Source: an uncultured delta proteobacterium
GTDB taxonomy: Bacteria; Desulfobacterota; Binatia; UBA9968
Assembly: GCA_963847445.1 (NCBI GenBank)
Contig: CAWJZV010000046.1
Location: 224,001-288,000, forward strand
Reading direction: 5' to 3'
DNA length: 64,000 nt
Below the pieces are notes generated by a model. The model saw only the letters and a program-made list of their open reading frames with translations. It searched no databases and had not been told where the DNA came from. Shown piece by piece: positions 44,486 through 53,742 of this stretch. Both the position numbers and the translations under genes were made by a program. The stretch's first letter is position 1. The number at the start of each line of letters is the position of its first letter.

Positions 44486-47198
44486 ATGTCTGATCCGCAA
44501 AACCTTGGTGTTCGAATGACGCCCGCAGATCCTTCAGTAAGCGTCTGCTTCGGTGCCCAGGTGAGCGATATTTCTCCGTCCAGCCATGTCGCTTACTTTT
44601 GGAACGATGAAAAGGAGTTTGCCGATGGCGTGAAGTTTCTCGAGTCCGGACTATCGGCCAGCGATCACTGTGTGATTTTTGGCCACGATGAAGCCAATCA
44701 AATGGTTTGCGACGTGCTTAAGGGACGCGGCTATGACGTCGATGGTTTGCTGGCATCCGGGCGCATCACTATCCTCGGCGGCGGCCACGGAAGCGTCGGA
44801 GATTCTCGCCAAGATCGGCGCGGTGTTTGAAAAATCATTGGCCGCCGGCGCGTCGCTGATTCGACTTTTAGGCAACATCGGTTGGGGCAGAGCCAACTGG
44901 CCGGACGAAAAATCGTTGCTGGCGTTCGAAGCGCAGGTGACCGAAGCGGCGAAACAGTTTCCTTGCGTCGTGGTCTGCATGTACGACGTCGCCGGTTTGC
45001 CAGGATCGATCGTCCACCATGGCGGGATCGGCACTCATCCGCATATCGTCAGCAACGGCCACGCGCAAGCCAACCCGCATTATGTGCCGACCGAGATCTT
45101 CTTGCGCCGCATGGAAACCGTTGCCGGCGCGGTGGCCGAGCGCCGGCGCAACGAAGCAACGCTGCACCATATCACCGAAGGCACGGTGCAGATCGTCGGC
45201 GACGATTTTTTTCGCCAACTGGCGCGCCATCTCGCCGAGGCGCTGCGTGTCCGCTACTGCTTCGTCACCGAATGCACCGACGATTCGCAGACCCGGCTGC
45301 GCGCGCTGGCGTTTTGGGACGGCCATGGGTTTGCGCAAAACGTCGAATATCCGCTGCGCGGCACGCCCTGTGAAAAAGTCATCGAAGGCAATATTTGCTC
45401 CTACCCCGATCGGCTGCAATCAGCTGTTTCCCGAGGACAAGGATCTGGTCACCCTCGGCGCTGAAAGCTACGCCGGCGTGCCGCTGGCCGAACTCGACAG
45501 GGCCGGGTGCTCGGCCATCTGGTGGTGATGGACAACCGCGCGCGCGAGTTTGGCCCGGCGAAAATGAGCTGCGCATATTGCGTATCTTCGCCACCCGCGC
45601 CGGCATCGAACTCGAACGGAGCGCGCCGACGCAGGTACCTCTAACGCCGAATTGACGCGCGCAATAAACAGATCGCGGCGAAACGCGTGGCAATCTGCTC
45701 GAAGTCAACAATGCGATCGTCACCAAACTGACCCGGGATGAGCTTTTCGCGGTGATCTGCTGACTCACTGGCAGCAAGGCGATCTGTTTCGACCGGCTGG
45801 CGCTTTCGCTTTACGATCCGGAGCTCAAAGCCTTGCGGATCGTCACCTACGCCGGCGCCTATCAGCGGGCGGATTACACGCCGATCGGCCGCGTGCTGAA
45901 ACTCGACGACAGCCCGGCGGGGCAGGCGTTTTGCCAGCCAAAAACCGGTCCTGTGCAGCGATCTTGAAATCGAGCGACTGCACCGCTTCCGAGGAACGCG
46001 CTTACGGCCATGGCTTTCGCTCGATGTGTGCTGTTGCCTCTGGTGGTGCATGGCCGATCCATCGGCGCCATTACGGTCGGCAGCCTGACCCGTTCGCAGT
46101 ATTCCGCAGCCGACGCGGAGTTTCTCATGGAGGTGGCCAACCAGATCGCCATCGCCGTCGAGAATATGCAGCTGCACGAAGAGACCGCCAGCGCTGAAAG
46201 CGCGCTTCGAGGCCGAGACGGTTTATCTTGCAGGAAGAAATCAAGACCGAGCATAACTTCGAAGAGATCATCGGCCAGAGCGCGCCGGTGCGCGAGCTCT
46301 TGCGCAAGGTCGAGCAGGTGGCGCCCACCGACGCCACGGTGTTGATTTGCGGCGAGACCGGCACCGGCAAGGAATTGTTGGCGCGCGCGGTGCACGACCG
46401 CAGCAAGCGCAAGGATCGCGCCGTTGGTCAAAGTCAATTGCGGCTCGATCCCGTCGGGTCTGGTGGAAAGCGAGCTGTTCGGCCATGAAAAGGGCGCGTT
46501 TACCGGCGCCACCCAGCGGCGCATCGGCCGCTTCGAACTCGCCCATGGCGGGACGATCTTTCTCGATGAGGTGACCGAGTTGCCGCTCGATACCCAGGTC
46601 AAACTGTTGCGCGTGCTGCAAGAAGGCGAGTTCGAACGAGTCGGCAGCAGCCAGACGATCAAGGTCGACGTGCGCGTGATCGCCGCGACCAATCGCGATC
46701 TCGAAGCAGGTCGTCGGCAACGGCAGTTTTCGCGCCGATTTATTTTATCGTCTTGAATGTTTTTCCGCTGGAAGTGCCGCCGCTGCGCGAGCGCAAGGAC
46801 GATATCCCGTTGTTGGTCAACTTTTTCTTGAGCCGGTTCGGCAAGAAGCTCGGCAAAGAAGTGCGCGGCGTGACGCGGCGCTCGATGGAGAGTCTGGTTC
46901 GCTACAGCTGGCCGGGCAACATTCGCGAGCTGCAAAACGTCATCGAACGCGCGGTGGTGCTGGCCACTGGCCCGGTGGTGCAAGTGGAGAAGCGATGCGG
47001 CCTTGCGGCGAAAACGCCGGCCAGGAGGAACCGCGCCTGCGACTCTGGAGAACAACGAGCGGGCGCATATTCAACGCGCGCTAGCCGAAACCAACTGGGT
47101 GATTCATGGCAAGAAGGGCGCGGCGGAGCTGCTCGGCATCAACCCGAGCACGCTTGCGCTCGCGCATGGAGAAACTAGGGATCAAGAAGCAGGCGTAA
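44486..47198 (+). CDS. Sigma54 enhancer-binding protein, MEDS-GAF-GAF-AAA-HTH (FhlA-like); multiple frameshifts
   Basis: MEDS-like SHVAYFW...FLESGL...IRLLG...FEA...VCMYD...THPH; GAF domains; [53 protein letters not shown]. Confidence 0.92.
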
Positions 47199-47209
47199 CC
47201 TAGCTTGAG

Positions 47210-47332
47210 GTTCAAATCGTTCAAATCGTTCAAGCCGTTCAAATCGCTGATCGCTCAACGATTCGAACGGATCGTAGCGATTGAACGGCTTGAACGTTTT
47301 GAACGACTGGAGCGTTTGAACGACTTGAACGC
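47210..47332. repeat. 9-nt-period GTTCAA/TTGAAC hairpin between convergent genes
   Basis: (GTTCAAATC)x4-like arm followed by an inverted (TTGAAC)x5-like arm. Confidence 0.78.
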
Positions 47333-47919
47333 GCGAAGCATTTTATAACCGGCGCCAGCTTGAAGGCCAAGCGAAAACCCAAAAGCAGCGCGAGTACCGC
47401 GCCATATTGCACCGGGCGGCGGATGTCGGCTTTGACCAGCCAGTAAAAGTGCAGCACGCCGAGAATTGCGATGCCATAAACCAGATAGTGCAGTTGTTGC
47501 CAGCGCTTGCCGAGGCGGCGGATCATGGCGGCGCTCGATGTAACCGCCAGCGGGATCATTAGCACCAGAGCGCTGAAGCCGACGGTGATGTAGGGCCGCT
47601 TGAAAATGTCTTTGGCGATGGCGGCGAAATCGAAGAACAGATCGAGCACCATGTAGGTGGAGAAATGCAGCGCGGCGTAGAAAAACGCGAACAGGCCGAG
47701 CATGCGGCGCAATTTGATCAGTTCGTTCCAGCCGGTGAGCCGGCGCAGCGGCGTGACGGCTAGACTGGCAAGCAAAATAATCAACGACCAGGAACCGGTG
47801 AAGCGGGTGATGTACTCGATCGGGTTGGCGGTCAAATTATCGCTGTAATAGCCGTAGCCGAGTTGGCCGAGCGGAATGAGGCAGACGATGAAGAGCGCGG
47901 GCTTTAGATAGGCAAGCAT
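47239..47919 (-). CDS. msrQ: MsrQ heme-binding membrane subunit
   Basis: ANPIE, TG.W, LAVTPLR, RRMLGLFAFFYA.LH, KRPYITVG, W..LHYLVY, LHFYW.VK. Confidence 0.95.
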   Translation of the reverse strand: MLAYLKPALFIVCLIPLGQLGYGYYSDNLTANPIEYITRFTGSWSLIILLASLAVTPLRRLTGWNELIKLRRMLGLFAFFYAALHFSTYMVLDLFFDFAAIAKDIFKRPYITVGFSALVLMIPLAVTSSAAMIRRLGKRWQQLHYLVYGIAILGVLHFYWLVKADIRRPVQYGAVLALLLGFRLAFKLAPVIKCFARSSRSNAPVVQNVQAVQSLRSVRIVERSAI

Positions 47920-48016
47920 AGGAATTAATAAATTGAGAATGGAAAATTCAAAAAAATAGGATCAGACGACTGGGTTGATCTGTCTGGCATTTTCAATTTT
48001 CACATTTTCCATTATT

Positions 48017-48979
48017 TCAGTAATTTTTCTTAAGATCCATTCCTTTATACAAGCTCGCTACTTGATCGCCGTAACCGTTGAACATCAAGGTCTTGCGCCG
48101 GCGGAATTCGCCGATGCGCCGTTCGGTCGCCTGGGTCCAGCGCGGATGGTCGACTTCGGGATTCACGTTGGAATAAAAGCCATACTCTTGCGGCTGCATC
48201 ATGTTCCACGATGCTGCCGGCTGCTTTTCGACGAAGCGAACTTTGACGATGGACTTGATGCTCTTGAAGCCGTACTTCCACGGCACGACGAGACGGATCG
48301 GCGCGCCGTTCTGTGCCGGCAAGACCTCGCCGTAGAGACCCACCGAGAGAATCGTCAGCGGATGCATCGCTTCATCCATGCGCAACCCTTCGACATAGGG
48401 CCATTCCATGGTCGGCAGCCTTTGGCCAGGAAGCCGCTTGGGATCGTTGAGGGTGACGAATTGGATGAACTTGGCGTTGCTGGTGGGCTCGGCGAGTTTG
48501 ATCAGGGCGCTCAATGGAAAGCCGACCCATGGAATCACCATCGACCACGCTTCAACACAGCGCAGCCGATAAATCCGCTCTTCCAACGGCGCCAGCTTGA
48601 TCAGCTCCTCGATGTCGTAGGTCTTGGCCTTTTTGACTTCGCCTTCCACCGCGACCGACCAAGGACGGGTAATCAGATACTTGGCATTCTCCGCCGGATC
48701 TTCTTTGTCGGGGCCGAGTTCGTAGAAATTATTATAGCTGGTGATCTCCTTCAGCGTGTTGAGCTTTTCGTTGGTGCTGAAATTACTTTTCTTGACGTTG
48801 GCGAGTTTCTCGGCGCCATAGGCGATGCCCGATTCTGTGCCCAGCTCCAAGCCGCCGAGTATCGCGCCGGTGCCGAGCGCCATGGCCGATGCCGAAAGCA
48901 TGAATTGGCGGCGGTTAAGGTAGTGCTCCTTGGGCGTGATCTCCGCTGCTTTGATATCGGCGGGCTTTTTGATCAGCAT
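48017..48979 (-). CDS. msrP: MsrP periplasmic methionine-sulfoxide reductase (Mo, Tat-exported)
   Basis: [12 protein letters not shown] Tat motif, [50 protein letters not shown]. Confidence 0.97.
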   Translation of the reverse strand: MLIKKPADIKAAEITPKEHYLNRRQFMLSASAMALGTGAILGGLELGTESGIAYGAEKLANVKKSNFSTNEKLNTLKEITSYNNFYELGPDKEDPAENAKYLITRPWSVAVEGEVKKAKTYDIEELIKLAPLEERIYRLRCVEAWSMVIPWVGFPLSALIKLAEPTSNAKFIQFVTLNDPKRLPGQRLPTMEWPYVEGLRMDEAMHPLTILSVGLYGEVLPAQNGAPIRLVVPWKYGFKSIKSIVKVRFVEKQPAASWNMMQPQEYGFYSNVNPEVDHPRWTQATERRIGEFRRRKTLMFNGYGDQVASLYKGMDLKKNY

Positions 48980-49008
48980 TGATTCTCCTCTGCGAACCTC
49001 GCGCGCCG

Positions 49009-49530
49009 CTATTCGGCGAGCAGTTGTTTGATCGTCGACTCGGTTTTGCCGTAGGCGCCTTCGCCTATATGGCTGTAGCGGATTGAGCCCTTTTTGTCGA
49101 CCAGCACGATGGTCGGCCAAGCCCAGACGCCGTAGCGTTTCCAAATATCGAAGTTGTTGTCTTGCACCACCGGGAACTTGATGCCGAGTTTCGCCGTCGC
49201 ATCTTTCACTTTGTCGATTGGTTTCTCCCAAGGAAACTCCGGCGAGTGGACGCCGACGATGGTTAATCCGGCTTGCTCGTACTTATCATGCCAACTCCGC
49301 AACTGCGGGATGATGTTTTTGCAATTGATTCAGCCATAGGTCCAGAATTCCACAAGGACGACTCGGCCTTTAAGGCTCGCGATGGTCAGCGGTTTGCTGT
49401 TGATCCAATTATCGCCGGCGATATCCGGCGCCGTCGTGCCGCTGGTGAGCGCCGCGCCGGCGCGCGGCCATGCCAGCCAAATCGCTAGCGCGAGAACCAA
49501 AGCGACTGAATAAGCTGTCAAACGCACCAT
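49009..49530 (-). CDS. Exported thioredoxin-like redoxin (DipZ Trx-domain-like) with in-frame UGA, predicted selenoprotein (U-x-x-C)
   Basis: ORFs 49330-49530 and 49009-49302 are in one frame: VLVEFWTYG[TGA]INCKN...GVHSPEF...VVQDN...WAWPT..LVDK.G.IRY.HIGEG.Y; the TGA sits at the first Cys of CxxC. Confidence 0.88.
49285..49314 (-). promoter_or_regulatory. Candidate bacterial SECIS hairpin
   Basis: ATCAT-C-CCGC-AGTT-GCGG-AGTTGGC-ATGAT starting 15 nt after UGA; apical loop 25 nt from UGA with G as second loop base. Confidence 0.6.
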
Positions 49531-49578
49531 GTACTTTTACCATTTCTCCTCGACCCTAGCGGCATGTCAGCGCATCAA

Positions 49579-49607
49579 TTAGATGCCATCCGCACCGGAG
49601 TGGTTGC
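49579..49607 (-). promoter_or_regulatory. ECF-type promoter copy 6 (redoxin-msrP-msrQ operon)
   Basis: Minus strand GCAAC-N17-CATCTAA. Confidence 0.78.
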
Positions 49608-49683
49608 GAGGTTGGGCAAATTTTCTATTAAACGTCGGTTTGCCGGGCAAAGTTCCCCAGCGGTGACTGACAAAGTGAATTTC

Positions 49684-49720
49684 AAAAAACCCAGCCGGGG
49701 GCTCGTGAGAGCCCCGGCGC
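49684..49720 (-). terminator. Intrinsic terminator
   Basis: GCCGGGGCTC-TCAC-GAGCCCCCGGC then TGGGTTTTTT on the minus strand. Confidence 0.7.
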
Positions 49721-49733
49721 GGTGGGTGGGCGG

Positions 49734-49946
49734 TTAGTGGAGGAGTTGGGAGAGGGGCGCAAAATTTTCTAATTCTTTATCTAAGTCAACCGGTTGGGCA
49801 GTTTTCTTGATCATTTCCATCACCGCGAATCGAGCCAGGTTGTAAGCGTCTTTATCGTTGTCGGAGTATTCGAAAGCGACTTCGCTGGCGGCGGCGATCA
49901 AATCTCCCAAGGTGGTGTCGATCCTGCGGCTATTGGGTTTTTCCAT
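49734..49946 (-). CDS. Small hypothetical protein
   Basis: 70-aa ORF with GAAAGGA SD, its own ECF-type promoter and terminator; IDTTLGDLIAA motif. Confidence 0.7.
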   Translation of the reverse strand: MEKPNSRRIDTTLGDLIAAASEVAFEYSDNDKDAYNLARFAVMEMIKKTAQPVDLDKELENFAPLSQLLH

Positions 49947-49976
49947 GGTCTCGCGGGTCCTTTCTCCCTTGCTTGG

Positions 49977-50004
49977 TTAGACGATTGCGGAGAAAAAAGG
50001 ATGT
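49977..50004 (-). promoter_or_regulatory. ECF-type promoter copy 7
   Basis: Minus strand ACATC-N16-CGTCTAA; the spacer contains a T6 run, so a 1-nt homopolymer error is plausible. Confidence 0.55.
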
Positions 50005-50074
50005 AGTGCGTTGTCAACTTCACTGACCTGCGAAATGGTAGAAATCGCTCGTCTTCATGCGCATTGAAAGTTCG

Positions 50075-50205
50075 TCATGCCGGTGAAAATCATCCAGACC
50101 CATCATCCACCTGGATACCGTTTTTCAACGGTATGACGGACTCTGTCCGTCACCTGGATTCCGGCCCCGGATCGAGTCCGGGGCAGGCTCTGCGCCGGAA
50201 TGACG
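50075..50205. repeat. REP-like composite repeat (family A)
   Basis: Same modules as 4346-4454 and 15010-15140. Confidence 0.8.
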
Positions 50206-50305
50206 GAAGGGCAGTCGGCTGCCGGTCGACAATCTCAGCACCGCTCGGAAAAGCGTCGACGGTTGCTTATTTCGACCAATGAATGCTTCCGGCGGGCGTG
50301 GCAAC

Positions 50306-51067
50306 TTACTGTTCAGGCGGCGGATCGATCTCAGCTTCTTCAACCTTCTTGGCTGGCGCGAGCTGTTGGGCGTTGCGATTTTCACTCTGGCTCAGGTAGC
50401 CGACACTGGCGAGGCGGTTCAATATGATGTTGCGCCGGGCGGCTAGGCCGCGCTCCTTGGAGTTGCGCGGGCTCGGCAGCAGGGCGGCCAAGGTCGCGGC
50501 TTCGACCAGGTCGACGGAACCGGCGGATTTGCCGAAGTAGTGTCGCGCCGCCGCTTCGACGCCGTAAATATTGCGGCCCAATTCGACGACGTTCAAGTAA
50601 ACCTCGAAAATGCGCCGCTTCGACAGGGCGTTTTCCAGCTGATGGGCGATGATGATTTCTTTCAACTTGCGCAGCGGATTTTTCGACGGGCTGAGATAAA
50701 GGTTCTTGGCAAGCTGCATGGTGATGGTGCTGCCGCCTCGGCTAAAGCTCAAGGTCTCAAGATCCTTCTTGAACGCGGCCTTGAGCTCTGTCATGTCAAC
50801 GCCCTTATGGCTGTAGAATCCGGCGTCCTCACTGATCAGGACGGCTTTTTTAATATGCTCTGAGATCGCACCGTAGGACACCCAGATTTGTTGGCGCCGC
50901 CCGCGTGAGTTTTGCTTTTTGTACTCTTGGTCGCGCAAGTCCATGAGCGCAGTGCTATTAGGATTCTTCTGCTTGAGCCGCGAAACGTCGGGCAACGAGA
51001 AGTAAAAATAGTAACCGGCGCTGACCAGGAGGGTCGCGACCAAGGTGCTAAGTAGGACTCTTTTCAT
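50306..51067 (-). CDS. mtgA: Monofunctional peptidoglycan transglycosylase
   Basis: SEDAGFYSHKGVD, RGGSTITMQLAKNLYL, RKLKE, SKRRIFEVYLN. Confidence 0.9.
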   Translation of the reverse strand: MKRVLLSTLVATLLVSAGYYFYFSLPDVSRLKQKNPNSTALMDLRDQEYKKQNSRGRRQQIWVSYGAISEHIKKAVLISEDAGFYSHKGVDMTELKAAFKKDLETLSFSRGGSTITMQLAKNLYLSPSKNPLRKLKEIIIAHQLENALSKRRIFEVYLNVVELGRNIYGVEAAARHYFGKSAGSVDLVEAATLAALLPSPRNSKERGLAARRNIILNRLASVGYLSQSENRNAQQLAPAKKVEEAEIDPPPEQ

Positions 51068-51069
51068 GT

Positions 51070-52104
51070 TCAATAAATAACTTGACGGCTTTGCTGGTCA
51101 TCGATGAGGTGGCATAGCGGTGCAGCTGGGACGGCAGGATCCAACGCCATCCGGGCTGGCAGGCGTTTCGTCAGCGGCCAACGATAGAGTAAGACGGGCG
51201 CATGAATGCGCCGGTTGGTTATGCTATGGCGCAGCTCGCCCAAGCGCTGCGGCCGCGGGCCGGCGACGGCAAGCGGTTTGAGTTCTTTGCGAATCGCCGC
51301 CTCCGGTTTTGCCGTTGGCGCGATCTCGACGCCGGGGAGTTCCCACAGTTTAGCCAGCAAGCCATCGGCTTGACGGCGCCGCAGGAGTATCTTGCCGTGA
51401 TAATTGACGATGGCCAGCGGCCAGGTGACGTCGCGAAAGTTTACTCTTGGCCGCTGCTGTGCAGATTGGCGCTGTCCCAGCCGATCTCGGCTCCGGCAGT
51501 CGGAAGTCACCGGACAGTCGCCGCAGCGCGGCTCTTTCGGCGTACAGAGCGTGGCGCCGAGTTCCATCAAGGCTTGGTTGAGATTTCCCGGTTGCGAGGT
51601 TTGTGCCAGTTTGCCGGCGATCGTGCGCACTGCCGCTTCGCCGTTTGTGCGAAATAGCCGGTTAAACACGCGGCGCACGTTGCCGTCGACGGCGGGATAT
51701 TTTTCGTCGAAGGCGATGCTGAGCAGCGCTCCGGCGGTGTAGGCGCCGATACCGGGGAGGGCGCGCAGCAGTTCATAATCCCGCGGCAGAGTGCCGCCAT
51801 GTTGGGCGACGATCTGGCGCGCGGCTTTGTGTAAATTCTCGGCGCGCCGGTAGTAGCCCAGCCCTGACCACAGGCGCAGCACCCGCGGCAGCGGCGCGCC
51901 GGCAAGCGTTTGCAGGGTCGGAAACGCTGCAACAAAACGCGCGTAGTAGGGCAACACGGTCTTGACTTGGGTTTGCTGCAGCATGGTCTCCGAGATCCAG
52001 ATGGTGTAGGGATCGCGCGAGCGGCGCCAGGGTAAATCGCGCTGGTTGCTTCGATACCAGTTGAGCAGCCGGCGCCGCAGCAGAGAAAGATTTACTTCAG
52101 CCAT
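51070..52104 (-). CDS. mutY: A/G-specific adenine glycosylase
   Basis: RDLPWR, WISETMLQQT, WSGLGYYRRA, LPGIGAYTA, VDGNVRRV, C-x6-C-x2-C-x5-C. Confidence 0.95.
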   Translation of the reverse strand: MAEVNLSLLRRRLLNWYRSNQRDLPWRRSRDPYTIWISETMLQQTQVKTVLPYYARFVAAFPTLQTLAGAPLPRVLRLWSGLGYYRRAENLHKAARQIVAQHGGTLPRDYELLRALPGIGAYTAGALLSIAFDEKYPAVDGNVRRVFNRLFRTNGEAAVRTIAGKLAQTSQPGNLNQALMELGATLCTPKEPRCGDCPVTSDCRSRDRLGQRQSAQQRPRVNFRDVTWPLAIVNYHGKILLRRRQADGLLAKLWELPGVEIAPTAKPEAAIRKELKPLAVAGPRPQRLGELRHSITNRRIHAPVLLYRWPLTKRLPARMALDPAVPAAPLCHLIDDQQSRQVIY

Positions 52105-52340
52105 GAATGCAGTCGGGCGGGTTTTCAGTTATGGTTATTCCGGGTTTCCAGTTAAGAGGATTCACCGCAGAGGAACAGAGCACGCAGAGTTCGGAGAAGT
52201 TCTTGATCAAAATTCTTTTCTCCGCGTCCTCCGCGCCTCGGCGGTGCAAATCCGAACCGTGCTTCACAGGAAAGCCAGAAGCGCCTCAGTTATAAGGCAC
52301 TGTAAATGAAATCAGCTTCGAAGGGAACTCGCTGCGCGCC

Positions 52341-53207
52341 GTGCTGCCAATCATATTCGGGCTGTTAACTTCATTTTGCTTCGCGGTGGCCAGTCTGCTG
52401 GCGCAACGCGGCTACCATATCGGGCCGGCGCCCTGGGGCGCGTGGATCACCATCGCCGCCAACGCCGCGTTTCTCCTGGCCGGCCATTGGCTGATCGAGG
52501 GCGACACTCGAATGTTCATTGCTGACAATTTGATCTTCGTTGCCGTCGGCCTGTTCGTTCCCGGAGTAACCCGGGTGCTGAGCTTTCGCGGCATCCGCAC
52601 CATGGGCAGCTCGATTACCTCCACCATCGTCAATACCACGCCGATGTTTTCCACTGTGTTGGCGATTCTCATCCTTGGCGAGCGGCCGAGCGCGTTGGTC
52701 CTTGGCGGCGTGCTGCTGACGGTCGGCGGGCTGATCACCGTGTCCTGGGGCGGCGAGAAGGTTTCCTACTCGAAGATCGAATTGGTGTTTCCGTTTCTCT
52801 GCGCGTTGTTGTTCTCGATGAAAGATATTTCGGTGCGCTGGGGCTTGGGTGGTGGCGGCGGCCAACCGATCCTCGCCGCGGCCATCGCCGCGCTGACTTC
52901 TACCGTGGAGATTTTCCTGATAACCCGTTACGCCCAGGGCGAAAAGTTCGCGTTGCCGCGCTTGCCGGTGTTGCGCTGGTTTGTCTGGTCGGGGATTTTT
53001 ACCGGCGGCGCTTTTTTATTCATGTATATCGCCTTCAGCCTGGAGCGGGTGTCGATCGTCGCGCCGCTGGTGAACAGCTATACGGTCTTCGTTGCCGTCT
53101 TGACGCCGTTCATGGCGCGCCAGATCGAGCGTCTAACGCCGCACAAATTGGCCGGCGCCGCTTTGGTGGTCGCCGGGATTTTTGCGGTGTCGTTCGGCAA
53201 GGATTAG
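52341..53207 (+). CDS. DMT/EamA transporter
   Basis: Two EamA halves, about 10 TMs, ILGER. Confidence 0.85.
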   Translation: MLPIIFGLLTSFCFAVASLLAQRGYHIGPAPWGAWITIAANAAFLLAGHWLIEGDTRMFIADNLIFVAVGLFVPGVTRVLSFRGIRTMGSSITSTIVNTTPMFSTVLAILILGERPSALVLGGVLLTVGGLITVSWGGEKVSYSKIELVFPFLCALLFSMKDISVRWGLGGGGGQPILAAAIAALTSTVEIFLITRYAQGEKFALPRLPVLRWFVWSGIFTGGAFLFMYIAFSLERVSIVAPLVNSYTVFVAVLTPFMARQIERLTPHKLAGAALVVAGIFAVSFGKD

Positions 53208-53299
53208 CGCGATGCAGATGGGTCGAAGATTGAGTATGGAGGATGGATGATCGCAAGACTCGGACCACGATCCTCGATCCTCAATCATCCATCGTCGAT

Positions 53300-53701
53300 T
53301 TATTTCCCGACACCGCCGACGGTCAAAGACAGGACCGTGTCCTTCTCTTCCTTACTGATGCCGATGAGCAGGGTCTTGCCGTCCTTGCTGTAGGCGAGCA
53401 TGGCGCCGCCGCTGAGTAGTTTCATGTTTTCCTGCCAGCCTCGCGCCGGCAGTTCCTTCTTGTAAAACTCGACGAGCTTGGCGCTTTCCATGTTGCCATG
53501 AAAGCTCGCCTGACCCGCGCCAAATCCTAGGAACGAGACTTCCACCGGCTTTTCCGCGCCCTTCTTCATGGCGCCCGGCACGGGAACGGTCACGCCGCCG
53601 ACGGTTTCGTCGCGTGAGCCGGCGCAGGAGCTGGCGAGTATGAACAGCAAGAGGACGGGCAGTGAAAAACGGCAATTTACGGGATTCAATCTCCAGCGCA
53701 T
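53300..53701 (-). CDS. Hypothetical lipoprotein
   Basis: LASSC lipobox; EFYKKELPARGW motif. Confidence 0.7.
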   Translation of the reverse strand: MRWRLNPVNCRFSLPVLLLFILASSCAGSRDETVGGVTVPVPGAMKKGAEKPVEVSFLGFGAGQASFHGNMESAKLVEFYKKELPARGWQENMKLLSGGAMLAYSKDGKTLLIGISKEEKDTVLSLTVGGVGK

Positions 53702-53742
53702 TTGAACCTCCAGTTAAATTAAAACACCGGCATACCGGCAGC

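Noticed and set aside
47210-47332. Short tandem units (also 12971-13063 and 16519-16612) as a CRISPR array
   Set aside because: The units are 7-9 nt, have no unique 25-45-nt spacers, form inverted arms, and no cas genes are present.
47975-48982. Long antisense ORFs (e.g. 47975-48982 +, 55078-56157 +, 45874-47055 -, 24805-25869 -)
   Set aside because: These are shadow frames of well-supported genes on the opposite strand in GC-rich DNA, with no motifs.
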